A stretch of DNA of 64,000 nt from Nostoc sp. DedSLP01 (GCA_034530875.2 JAVRCJ020000012.1:96001-160000), one strand, 5' to 3'. Numbered from the stretch's first letter, positions 9,504 to 19,460 are shown. The notes: generated by a model from the letters alone, not told the origin. Numbers and translations: made by a program.

Positions 9504-9606
9504 CCTGAGAAATTACAATTTGCGATCGCATGATATGCAAATAGAGCATTAATGCGATCGCAAAACTTTGCCCGTACAGTTTCACATTAGACTCTTACAG
9601 AAGTCG

Positions 9607-9667
9607 GGAAAAGGGCAAAGGGAAAAGGTTTTTTATCCCTTACCCTTTTTCCTTTAACCTTTACCCA
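9607..9667. terminator. Inverted heptamer arrays forming a hairpin between convergent genes
   Basis: GGGAAAAGGGCAAAGGGAAAAGG ... CCCTTACCCTTTTTCCTTTAACCTTTACCC. Confidence 0.45.
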
Positions 9668-9700
9668 ACTTCCATCTAACATTTTTGGGTTGGCAGACTA

Positions 9701-10081
9701 CTAGTAATTATTCCAACCGAGCATTTGGGCTATTTCCTCACAAATGAGTGTTGGTTTGAAAGGTTTTGTAATGATGCCGGCGATATCCATTTGAGTAAAG
9801 CGGCTGCGATCTTGTGGTAATACTTTGGCCGTTAGCAAAATTACTGGAATGGTTTTAGTTGTAGGGTTGGCTTTAAGTTCTTCGTAAAACTGGAAGCCAT
9901 CCATCTCTGGCATAGATACATCAAGGAGAATTGCATCAAACGCCTTTTCTTGGACTTTCAAGAGTCCTTCATCACCAGACTCAGCCGCGATCGCCTCCCA
10001 TCCTCCTAAATCCTCCAAACAGATGCAGGCAAGTTCTCGCAGCGATTCTTCATCATCAATCACAAGGATACATTTACTCAT
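9701..10081 (-). CDS. Single-domain CheY-like response regulator
   Basis: ILVIDDE, ILLDVSMPEMDG, LLTA and ITKPF motifs; 4 bp overlap with the upstream kinase. Confidence 0.95.
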   Translation of the reverse strand: MSKCILVIDDEESLRELACICLEDLGGWEAIAAESGDEGLLKVQEKAFDAILLDVSMPEMDGFQFYEELKANPTTKTIPVILLTAKVLPQDRSRFTQMDIAGIITKPFKPTLICEEIAQMLGWNNY

Positions 10082-13000
10082 GATTCTTTTGGCGGCATTG
10101 GCAAGGTGAAATAAAATGTGCTCCCTTCACCGAGGGTACTCTCTGCCCAAATATTACCATCGTGCTGGAGAATTATACTTTGACAAATCGCTAAACCAAG
10201 ACCAGTTCCTCCCTTGGCACGAGCATCAGAAACATCAACTTGTTGGAAGCGTTCAAAGATAGTTTCTAGTTTTTCGGCGGGAATGCCTCTGCCTTGGTCT
10301 TTGACTTGAAACAGAACACAGTCAGCTTGAGGTTGAGCAGACAAAGTAATAACTGAGTCGGGGGGAGAAAATTTGATGGCGTTGCTCAATAAATTTGTCA
10401 AAGTTTGGATAATCGAGTCTGGAGAAGCCCAGACGCGAGCAGTGGTAGAAATAATCGATAAAGTGACGCTGGCTGCCAGGGCAATTGATTGTACCTCTTC
10501 CACGGCTCTTTGCATTAAATCTTCTGCTTCACAGGCTTCCATAACAAGCTGCACCTGTCCCGCAGACAAACGTTCCAAGTCAAGGATGTCATTAACTAAA
10601 CGCACCAAGCGATCGCTATTGGTCAAAGCTTGCTGGAGCATCCTTTTGGCTTTTTCTGGTTTGTTGTCGTAAATACCAGTGTTGAGCAGCCCTAAAAATC
10701 CTTGAATGGCAGTTAATGGGGTGCGAAGTTCGTGGCTGACGATGGAAATGAATTCATTTTTCATCCGGTCAATAGCGTGCTGATCCGTGATGTCTTGGAT
10801 CTGAGCGACATAATATAATGGTTGGTTTTGACAATCTCGTACTAATGACAACCTCGTTAGTCCCCAAGCGATGCGTCCTCCATTACACAAATAGCGTAAC
10901 TCTACTTGAGCATTACGATTTTCATTGTTGAGAACTTGCTCGATGCAATGCTTGAGCTTAGTAACATCTTCTAAGTGAATTAACTCAAATACGCTCGTGT
11001 TTAGAGTCTCTAATTCCGAGTGACCAAGCATTTCAGCGAACATCGGATTGATTTGCAGCCAGCGCTCGTCCAATCCCAGCAGTGCCATGCCAATGGGAGC
11101 ATCATGAAAGGCATGGCGAAACCGGTCTTCACTCTCGCGCAGAGCTGACTCGGCTTGTTTGAGATTAGTAATATCTAGCAATACCCCATACCAAGCAATT
11201 TCGCCATTGCTGCGGCGTTCCGGGCGGGAGGTGGCACGTACCCACTTAATCTTCCCAGAAGGAGTGACAATTCGCCATTCGTGGGCAAAGGGTTGCAGGG
11301 TTCTAAGACTGCGAGTAGTTAGGCGATTGTAGAGAGGGCGGTCATCAGGATGCACTTGGTTATAAGTAAGTAAGGCATTCTTTAAGACTTGTTCTGGTGT
11401 CAATTCTTGAATTTCTCGGACTCCTGGACTGATATATTCATAGGCCATCTCATGTTTATCTGGGTAATAGGCAAGGATGTAAATTTGTGCTGGTGAAGCG
11501 GCGGCAATTTTTTGGAACCTAGCTTCGCTTTGCCGCAGAGCTTCTTCAATGCGTTTGCGCTCGGTAATATCGGTTACTCGCACTAAATGAATGACGCGAT
11601 CGGCAATGGAAACGCGCTTTGCAGCCAGGTTGCCCCAGAAAAGATTTCCTTTGCGGGTCACGTATTCAATTTCCTGACTCCAGACACCTTTTAGCTTTAT
11701 TTGGGCAGTGATTTCGGCCAGTTCCTCTAAGGTAAACTGATGGCGCTGAAGCGTATGACCTGTAATACCAATGAGTTCGGCTTTGCTGCTGGCTTCAAAC
11801 AATTCTACAGCTCGATAATTACAGTCAGCGATTAACAGAGTTTCGGAATCGACAATGAATAGAGCATCGGCAGATTCATTATAAATGCTCTCACGCAGGT
11901 CTTTTTGCTGCCGCAGTTCCAATTCTGCTGTTTTGCGTAAGCGAAGCTCGTCGTAGACATCGCTAATATCTTGAGTAACGACAATGATATGAGGCTGTCC
12001 CTGAAGCTCGATGGTATCGGCTGAAAACAGGACTGTGAGAATCCTGCCTGTTTTGTGACGAACGGCAAATTCCCTGTTACGAACTGGTTTACCTGCTTGC
12101 AAATCCTCCAAGTAGCGTTTTTGGTCTTCCAAATTCACCCAATATTTAATGTTTGCGATCGTGTGCCCAACAACTTCTTCCCTGGTATAACCATATAAAC
12201 TTGTAAAGGCATCATTCACGTCTACACATTTTCCATCTTGGCTAACGATCCTAATAGCATCAGGACAGGTACGAAATACTTTGGTGAAGCGTTCTTCCGA
12301 TTCTTGTAGAGCAATTTTAACGCGCTCAAATGAGTGTCTCAGTTGCTCGGCCATGCGATTAAAAGAGTAACTGAGGACTTGCAATTCTACAATTGGGCTA
12401 TCTTGTGCTATTGGCTGATTCCATTCTCCATCTGCCAAGGTCAAGCTGGCTTGACCCAATTGCTCTATGGGGCGGACAATGAATTGAGTCAGTAACAATC
12501 CTAAAGCGATCGCTGCACCCAAGGCAGTAATAATAAAAAGTATGGTGGCGCGTGTATTGGCAGCAATTTCTGCCATAAAGTCCGATTCTGGCACCACCGT
12601 CACAATCAACCATTGAAGACCCAATTTATCGCTGTAAGGGGTAACGAGTAAAAATTGTTTTTTACCTTCTATCTCAAAATTAAATTGCTGTGCGCTATTA
12701 ATCTTAGCCAAGTCACCAAAGCGAGAAACTAGATGCTGGCCTGCCAAACGCATCAGGGGGTGGTTGCTTTGTGTGACCTTCAGGCGTTTATTTTCTATCC
12801 AATTGCTACCTGTAACAAAGGGTTGTTCCGCGGTTGAAGAAGCAACCATCAATCCCGAATGCTCGATGATAAATACTTGTCCGTGAGTACCGACTCGCAA
12901 TTTTTTGAGAAACTCAGCAATGGTAACAAGTCTGAGATCGCTACTGAAAACTCCTTGGAGTTGTTTTTTTTGGTTATAAAGCGGGTAACTGGCTGCTATT

Positions 13001-13623
13001 CCCAGACCTCTGGAAGACGGTACGTATAAATAAATTGGCGTCCAAGTTGGTTTGCCTGCTGAGAATGCCTTTTGATAGAAGGGTCTTTGAGTGGCATCAT
13101 AGTTTTGCTGATTAACTAATAATTTTTGGCGCTGACCTTGACTATCGACGCTATATACATAAAGCGTCCCTTTGGTAAAATTCTTGGTGAAGGAAACGCT
13201 AAGACCCCGTTCATCGTTTCCGGCTCCCACGAGTCCGCCTTGGGGATTAACAAAATGAATTCTCGCAGAACTAAATTCTTGAATTTGAGCTAAAAAATAG
13301 CGTTCTAAACTTTTAGGATTGCTGATATCTACTTGTCCTAGCTTGCTGGCTCTAACATTAAGGCGATCTATCCAGTTTGGAGTCTGCAAGTAATTAGTAA
13401 GATACAGATGAATGCGATCGCTCACCTCGGTCATTAGCTGATATGCCAAGTTATTTACTGAATGCTGATAATTCCGCAAAGATATATAACTTGCTAATGC
13501 TGTGGTTCCAGCCGTCAGCAGTACAAAGGTAACGGTAAGAATGAGGCGTAGGGGAATTTTCAGCTTTTGTTTGTTGGCTTGTCTTTTCCCAAAAAGCTTA
13601 GATGTCACGTTGCTGCGCTCCAA
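10078..13623 (-). CDS. Membrane sensor histidine kinase (TM-dCache-TM-HAMP-4xPAS-HisKA-HATPase)
   Basis: YDATQRPFY Cache motif, HAMP, four PAS/PAC units, SHELRTPL H-box, NLLSNAIKF, DQGRGIP and GGTGLGL boxes. Confidence 0.95.
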   Translation of the reverse strand: MERSNVTSKLFGKRQANKQKLKIPLRLILTVTFVLLTAGTTALASYISLRNYQHSVNNLAYQLMTEVSDRIHLYLTNYLQTPNWIDRLNVRASKLGQVDISNPKSLERYFLAQIQEFSSARIHFVNPQGGLVGAGNDERGLSVSFTKNFTKGTLYVYSVDSQGQRQKLLVNQQNYDATQRPFYQKAFSAGKPTWTPIYLYVPSSRGLGIAASYPLYNQKKQLQGVFSSDLRLVTIAEFLKKLRVGTHGQVFIIEHSGLMVASSTAEQPFVTGSNWIENKRLKVTQSNHPLMRLAGQHLVSRFGDLAKINSAQQFNFEIEGKKQFLLVTPYSDKLGLQWLIVTVVPESDFMAEIAANTRATILFIITALGAAIALGLLLTQFIVRPIEQLGQASLTLADGEWNQPIAQDSPIVELQVLSYSFNRMAEQLRHSFERVKIALQESEERFTKVFRTCPDAIRIVSQDGKCVDVNDAFTSLYGYTREEVVGHTIANIKYWVNLEDQKRYLEDLQAGKPVRNREFAVRHKTGRILTVLFSADTIELQGQPHIIVVTQDISDVYDELRLRKTAELELRQQKDLRESIYNESADALFIVDSETLLIADCNYRAVELFEASSKAELIGITGHTLQRHQFTLEELAEITAQIKLKGVWSQEIEYVTRKGNLFWGNLAAKRVSIADRVIHLVRVTDITERKRIEEALRQSEARFQKIAAASPAQIYILAYYPDKHEMAYEYISPGVREIQELTPEQVLKNALLTYNQVHPDDRPLYNRLTTRSLRTLQPFAHEWRIVTPSGKIKWVRATSRPERRSNGEIAWYGVLLDITNLKQAESALRESEDRFRHAFHDAPIGMALLGLDERWLQINPMFAEMLGHSELETLNTSVFELIHLEDVTKLKHCIEQVLNNENRNAQVELRYLCNGGRIAWGLTRLSLVRDCQNQPLYYVAQIQDITDQHAIDRMKNEFISIVSHELRTPLTAIQGFLGLLNTGIYDNKPEKAKRMLQQALTNSDRLVRLVNDILDLERLSAGQVQLVMEACEAEDLMQRAVEEVQSIALAASVTLSIISTTARVWASPDSIIQTLTNLLSNAIKFSPPDSVITLSAQPQADCVLFQVKDQGRGIPAEKLETIFERFQQVDVSDARAKGGTGLGLAICQSIILQHDGNIWAESTLGEGSTFYFTLPMPPKES
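11935..11963. repeat. 21-nt small dispersed repeat inserted in a HIP1 site, in frame inside the kinase gene
   Basis: GCG + TAAGCGAAGCTCGTCGTAGAC + ATCGC; turns the usual PAC end DISDRK into DISDVYDELRLRK. Confidence 0.8.
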
Positions 13624-13702
13624 TTCGCAATTTTCACCCCATAAATTAATTTATACGAATTACGTTAGCGCAGCGGGGCGAAGCCCATTATGAATTATTC
13701 AA

Positions 13703-15697
13703 TTACGTTCCCATCCTTTGTTTGAGCGTTTTAAGTTCTTGCTGTAAACGGGAGCGATCGATGCGACTCAGCGCACGAGTTACTAACTCCGGCCCCACTA
13801 TGGGTTTGCCAATAAAATCATCTGCTCCCGCTGCAAACACCCGCTGAATCGATTCTGTATCTGTATGAGCAGTAACAACTAAAATCGGTAAATTGCCCCA
13901 AGTTGCATCTTGTCGTACTACCCGACACAAGTCAATGCCGCTGTATCTCGGCATTGTCACATCTATAATCAACATATCTGGTTTTGTAGTAGTTAATACA
14001 TCCCAAAATCGTTTCGGGTCTTGCAAGGTCTTCACCCTCAGCCCCCAAGGTTGCAGTAGATTTCTTAATAACTCCAGCGCCATTGGATCGTCGTCTAAAA
14101 TCATTACCTTGGCTTGCGCGGTTTGGGATTGGGGGAGAACTTGGGCGATCGCCTCAAATACCTCGGCAGTAGCGATGTTTTGATGCAAATATCGTTTTAC
14201 TCCCAAACGAGAAACAGCAACTCGTTGTGCGAGATCGTCTTGTTCGGCCATCACCAAAATTGGCGTGGTTGGCAGCTGTTGTTTGAGTTTTTGCAGGCAG
14301 GTTAAACACCTTTGGGTTGAGTCTTGTCCGTTGAGATTGAGTAAAATAGCCTGGGGGGATTGACAAATTTTATCTTGAGCGATCGCTAAGTTGGCAGCAA
14401 CCTCAATCCGCACTCCCCAAGTTGTAGCTTCGGCTTTTAAGCGATCGCTAAAAGGTCGATCGTCGATAACCAGCACCAAGGGAGTCTGCGTTGCTTCCAG
14501 TTGTTCGATAGTTAATAGCTGGGGAGGTTTATTCAATGTTGCTTTGAGTTCCCTCAGCAGTTTTGACAGATGAGAGGCTTGTTTTGCTCCTAAAGATTCG
14601 TCCCCAAGCAAAAGATGTTCGATCCCCCGCGCTAGCTTCGATCCCATCTCATAGCCAAAGGAGCCTAACGTCCCTGCCAGCTTGTGTGCTTCGTTACCCG
14701 CACGAGATTGAAGTTCGGGGTGCAATTTTCCTGTCAACAAGCATTGTTCTGCTTGCTCTAGTAAAATCAATCGTTGGGCAAAGGTCTTTTGATAACGTTC
14801 TATTACTTTGTTGACTGAAGCAAGTGTTTGAGCTTTTGTTTTTCCTGTACCTTGAAGTTTCTGTGTTTCCTGGGGTTGCTGAATCGAGGTATCATCGAAA
14901 CTTGATAAAATTTTTACCCCTGCCTCCTTGAATCGAGCAACACCTTTATTCTTGCTCTGTTCCCCAGACAAAATATCTTTTATTTCCTCAGTCTGAGGTG
15001 GAGCCTTGAGACGATAACCCAAACCGTAGACGGTTTCTAGCAGTTCGGCAGACATCCCCGCCGCTTTGAGCTTTTGCCGCAAGTCTTTAATGAGATTGGT
15101 GACAGTTGCTTCGGTGGGCGTGGCATCAATTGACCAGAGGCGATCGATAATATCGCTGCGGCTAAAAACACGCTGCGGATTACGTAGGAACAACCCCAAC
15201 AAGCTATATTCTTTGGGGGTTAGAGATAGATTTTGCTGTTTGTAAGTTACCTCTGCGGATACGGGATTCACGCAAAGATTTCCCCAAGTAAGTAGCGTCG
15301 GTGCTAGCTCGGTCTGCCCTCGACGCAGCAATGCCCGTATCCGTGCCAACAATTCTGAAATATCGTAGGGTTTGGTGACATAATCATCTGCACCTGCATC
15401 CAATCCCTTCACGACATCGGCACTGCAATCTTTGGAAGTGAGCAAGAGAATCGGTTTTTGTACTCCCAAAGCCCGGAGTTGGCGGCAAAGACTATTTCCA
15501 TCTAGTTTGGGAATCAACAAATCCAACAAAATTAAGTCAAAGTTAGATGATGTTGCTAATTCCAACCCTATTTGACCATCTGTTGCTAGCTCAACCATAT
15601 AGTACTGAGACGTCAGGATCTCATAGAGTAATGCTGCCGTTGGGCGATCGTCCTCTACCAGCAGAATTTTCACAACATTTATAAATTTAAATCTCAA
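13703..15697 (-). CDS. Multidomain response regulator (REC-OmpR wHTH-Hpt-pseudoREC-REC), RcaC-like architecture
   Basis: ILLVEDD/LILLDL receiver, ETVYGLGYRL wHTH, AHKLAGTLGSFG Hpt, a receiver lacking the phospho-Asp (AILLNL), and a final receiver (LIIDVTMP). Start may be the GTG near 15673. Confidence 0.9.
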   Translation of the reverse strand: MRFKFINVVKILLVEDDRPTAALLYEILTSQYYMVELATDGQIGLELATSSNFDLILLDLLIPKLDGNSLCRQLRALGVQKPILLLTSKDCSADVVKGLDAGADDYVTKPYDISELLARIRALLRRGQTELAPTLLTWGNLCVNPVSAEVTYKQQNLSLTPKEYSLLGLFLRNPQRVFSRSDIIDRLWSIDATPTEATVTNLIKDLRQKLKAAGMSAELLETVYGLGYRLKAPPQTEEIKDILSGEQSKNKGVARFKEAGVKILSSFDDTSIQQPQETQKLQGTGKTKAQTLASVNKVIERYQKTFAQRLILLEQAEQCLLTGKLHPELQSRAGNEAHKLAGTLGSFGYEMGSKLARGIEHLLLGDESLGAKQASHLSKLLRELKATLNKPPQLLTIEQLEATQTPLVLVIDDRPFSDRLKAEATTWGVRIEVAANLAIAQDKICQSPQAILLNLNGQDSTQRCLTCLQKLKQQLPTTPILVMAEQDDLAQRVAVSRLGVKRYLHQNIATAEVFEAIAQVLPQSQTAQAKVMILDDDPMALELLRNLLQPWGLRVKTLQDPKRFWDVLTTTKPDMLIIDVTMPRYSGIDLCRVVRQDATWGNLPILVVTAHTDTESIQRVFAAGADDFIGKPIVGPELVTRALSRIDRSRLQQELKTLKQRMGT

Positions 15698-15885
15698 GTT
15701 TCTAGATTGATATTACCAGTTTTAGTCAAAAAGGCTTAACCCAAGCGTATTACCCTACACCTTTTTTCAACTTAGGAGGCACAGACCTTAGACTGTGATA
15801 CCGTTTCACTTTAAGATTGACGTGAATTCGACCAACCTCTCCCTGTCTTGAACTAGTGTTCAAGTCTGTCCCTCTCCGATTCGGA

Positions 15886-17374
15886 GCTACGGTGTACACA
15901 CAAGTAGACCCAGAGCGAGTTTCCAGCCAAAAAAGGTAGACTCAAATTGCTCAAGACCGCGAACCAAAGTAGTAATACCGGGAGGTTTTTGAGACTTGTA
16001 GCCAGACCAACCGCCAAGTCGAGCAATAATCCAAGTAGCCCAAGCCAGAGAAAAAGGAGGATAGGGATTTTGTTGCAGTCGAGTTTTGCCTTCCAAAATA
16101 GGAGCAAGAATAGATAAGCATTGCTGTTGCTCATGGGAAAAAGCAATATTTGCAGGTAAATCAGGGTTATCCCGTCCTTGAATCAGTTGTAAAATTCGCA
16201 CGGCGACGGACAAAGCTAATACAGTCAGTCGTTGAATAGCAGCAATCGATTCGAGCTGAGTGGCTTCGAGATTTAAACCAGCAGTTTTGAGGGTGGCGAA
16301 AATTTGTTCAATTCGCCATCGCCATGTGTACCATCGAATCACCTGTAGTGCTTGTTCTAAACAAACAACTTGGTGGGTGGTGAGCAATCGCCAATGAATC
16401 GGTGCTTGACCTGGTGGAGGGTTGACTTCCACGGCTTCCACGGCATAAAGTGTCACACTAGCCGGATAATCTTGTCCATTCAATTTATCCGGACGTTGAA
16501 TTTTCACCATTGCACGACGAACAATTAATAATGCCTCTCTTGCGGTTCTACTAATGCGTGCATCTGCTGGGACATCTACTGTGTAAGTCCCCTCGCTCGG
16601 CTGTTGATTTAAGTATGTATAAAGTGATGAAGTCTTTCCCACTAAGCGACGGTCAATGCGCGCTCTAACCAATACATGATTGTCTTGATTTGCGACTGTC
16701 ACAAATTCCTCATACATATCGCTTTCTCGGTCGCCGATATGGGTAATCATTTTGGCTTCACCAACACTGATGCACCGTTGAGTTTCATCAGCCGAACGCA
16801 GCCATTTGTATGATTCTTTCTCCTCTATTGGCAATTGGCTATAGTTTCGTTCATGCTTATCTTGATGGTTGATATCTCTAGTCCACTGTTGTACTGTACT
16901 TATCCCCAAGGGAAATCCATTTGCTGCATCTAATACTAGTGTCGGATGAATATAAAATCCTATATCTGTGTTGTTTCCTACTACACCTAGACCTGTGGCT
17001 TTCAATCTTCCTACATGAGGCTGCAAGTTAATTTCGCTGGTATCACTGATGGCTAATATATGCTTTCCTTCTACCTGTAATACACACTGGTCTGATAGGC
17101 TTCGCACTAATTCCCCTACTGTCACATTCTTATTCTCCAAAAACCGATAGTATCCTACTTGTTCGGCTCTATTTTTACTTATTTGTCGAATGCTGACTGA
17201 TTGATGTTTTCCCATTGCTTCGTACAATGCTGCCCCCTTTTTATCAGTCTTGGGTCTCCAAATGCTTTTCCCTTAACTGCTTGCGCGTGTATTCTGATTG
17301 GATTTTTCACCACCTTTTACTCCCCACAACTCTTGCTCTTATTACTTTACTTGGACTTGTGTGTACACCGTAGC
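15886..17374 (-). mobile_element. IS4-family (IS50/Tn5-like) insertion sequence, approx. 1.49 kb
   Basis: Perfect 20 bp TIR GCTACGGTGTACACACAAGT (15886-15905) and its reverse complement (17355-17374) around a DDE transposase. Confidence 0.95.
15887..17310 (-). CDS. IS4-family DDE transposase, split by a -1 frameshift at A5G5 (17242-17233)
   Basis: DTS, GDRESD, YTWRWRIE (YREK) and IARLGGW motifs. The conserved N-terminal FGDPRLIKRG lies in a different frame starting at GTG 17310. Confidence 0.9.
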
Positions 17375-17417
17375 CTTGGCAAGGGGAGGGTTAGGGTGGG
17401 GTAAACAAATATTTGAT

Positions 17418-18095
17418 TTAGATAATTGAATTGCTAAAAAATGCGATCGCCATCGCAAACAAACAAAAGCCAGCAACACTAATTTTCCATGTTGAAACTC
17501 GGTTAATTTCCGCCATACCCATCGCCGCACCAATTTCTCTGACACTCAGAGTAACTGCAAGCTGAGTTAAAGCCATACCTAGTATATACGTAAATAAAGG
17601 TATTATTTGCGACTGAATAATAGATTGGCTAACAGCGTAACCCTGAAATAAACCAACACTAGCACCCATCAGAGCAAGTATCACAAAGTTTGCTTGAGTT
17701 GGCACTATCAACATTATGCTTAAGACGATAGTAGAAATCGCCAACGCTATTTCTGTGCCTGGAAAATTTACCTGGAATAAATGAATTACAATACCCAAAA
17801 CTGCTGCTAAGGCAAAAGATGCGATTACCAAAGCGCCACGAACAAATATAGCTGACAGTAAGCCAATCGCAACAATACCAACTAAACAATCTAAGCGAAT
17901 CACTGGATCTGCTACTCCCCAGAGAAAGCCTTCCCAAGAGTTAGAGATGGCGTGAATCGCTGGCGTTCCACTCAACGAACTTAGCAAGCTAATTAATATG
18001 AGAACTGCGATCGCTCCAATATGGCGATCGGCTAACTTCGAGGTATAAAATTCCTTTGAAGCACCCAATTCTGATAATTTAGTTTTGAACATCAC
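17418..18095 (-). CDS. HupE/UreJ-like membrane protein with degenerate metal-binding motifs
   Basis: Signal peptide ending PAIHA, GFLWGVADP, PGTEIALAIS and GLFQGYA segments, six TM helices. Confidence 0.7.
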   Translation of the reverse strand: MMFKTKLSELGASKEFYTSKLADRHIGAIAVLILISLLSSLSGTPAIHAISNSWEGFLWGVADPVIRLDCLVGIVAIGLLSAIFVRGALVIASFALAAVLGIVIHLFQVNFPGTEIALAISTIVLSIMLIVPTQANFVILALMGASVGLFQGYAVSQSIIQSQIIPLFTYILGMALTQLAVTLSVREIGAAMGMAEINRVSTWKISVAGFCLFAMAIAFFSNSII

Positions 18096-18326
18096 TAATA
18101 TGCCAAATTAGTTTTTTCGGTAATTTATACTACCCACCTCTCCTGAAAAACTAACGTGGTAATAACGATAAATCATCTTAACTTTATAAAGTTATGTAAA
18201 GTCTCAGTAGTGATGACAGTATGCTGTAACTGAGTGTATAGATAATTACTATAATTTGGGATTGAAGGGCGATCGCTAATTAATAACCGTTACAACGACT
18301 ACTGACAATACAACTCAACAATAAAA

Positions 18327-19100
18327 ATGAATCTAAAGTACCGTCAATTCCATATATTGGAGCGAGAACTAGAAGCTCTTCCACCGATGCATCGAGTGGC
18401 ATTTGCAGCAGGTTGTTGCGAGAGATTATATCCGAACTATGGCATTTTCTTGCGAGAAATAAAAGAACAAGGTTGGAATGAAAAAGATCCTATAAGAGAA
18501 GCACTTGACGAAATCTGGGAATTTTTGGCAGGTAAAAAAATCGATGCGGCTAGATTTCGTGAGTTATTGTCTAATTGTGAAGAATATCCCTACGAATATG
18601 AAAATGAAGAAACTCCTGAAGGACAGAGAGGCGCGTGGATTGTCTGTGAGACTATAGAACTTTGTCTCGAACAAATTCCGCAAGAAATTATTTTAGTAGC
18701 AAAAGAAATAGACGAAACTCTTTTTATGTATATAGATTATTTAAAATGCGAACCTGAAGACCAAAACTCGCAAGACATTCCACACGAACAACTATTACAA
18801 TTAGAATTTTGTTTAGATCCAAGCGTACAACAGACTATTTCAGTAGCAAAAGAAATACACGAAACTCTTTTCGAGTATATAGATTATTTATGCCAGTGTG
18901 AAGACGAATACTCAGAAGACATGTCCCACGAAGAACTAGTAGAAATAGTTTCCAACCATCCGTTTACAGTAAGAGAAATGGCAAAACAAAGCGAAGATTT
19001 GCAGCGCTTGCGAGAAACTCCCACCTTAACTGCTGAGTTTTTACAATGGCTGCGTACTTCTTCTGAAAATGGTGGTAAAAGTCTGCTAGATTTAAGTTGA
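18327..19100 (+). CDS. DUF416 (YjaG)-like protein with an internal 49 aa duplication
   Basis: RVAFAAGCCERLYPNY..F motif, ALDEIW, HPF..REMAKQSEDL C-terminus. Confidence 0.75.
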   Translation: MNLKYRQFHILERELEALPPMHRVAFAAGCCERLYPNYGIFLREIKEQGWNEKDPIREALDEIWEFLAGKKIDAARFRELLSNCEEYPYEYENEETPEGQRGAWIVCETIELCLEQIPQEIILVAKEIDETLFMYIDYLKCEPEDQNSQDIPHEQLLQLEFCLDPSVQQTISVAKEIHETLFEYIDYLCQCEDEYSEDMSHEELVEIVSNHPFTVREMAKQSEDLQRLRETPTLTAEFLQWLRTSSENGGKSLLDLS

Positions 19101-19187
19101 AAAAACTCGTTCCAAGGGCTGCTGACCTTTGACTTCTGCTGTAGGATTGAACTGTGAGATTTTAATACTTGAAGAGAGACCGCGCCG

Positions 19188-19460
19188 ATGTCCTATCCTA
19201 CTCTCGACGACGAAGAAATTGCTCGACGTGGCAAAGAGGTTTACGAGACCCAAATCCGCGCCCAAGTGGAAACAGCAGAAAACATTGGAAAAATCATTTC
19301 AATTGATATTGAATCAGGTGATTACGAGATTAATGACGATCTGCTTACAACCTGTCGTCGTTTGCAGATGCGGCACAATAATCCAATTCTGTGGACAGAA
19401 AGGATTGGATTTAACGCGGTTTATGCAGTCGGGGGAACGTTGACAAGGACTGCATCGTGA
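19188..19460 (+). CDS. Small hypothetical protein, partner of the downstream aspartic protease
   Basis: 90 aa, GKIISIDIESGDYEI and RIG motifs; GTGA overlap with the next gene. Confidence 0.75.
   Translation: MSYPTLDDEEIARRGKEVYETQIRAQVETAENIGKIISIDIESGDYEINDDLLTTCRRLQMRHNNPILWTERIGFNAVYAVGGTLTRTAS

Noticed and set aside
18096..18326. Cobalamin riboswitch upstream of the hupE/ureJ-like gene
   Set aside because: No B12-box or other conserved riboswitch elements were recognisable.
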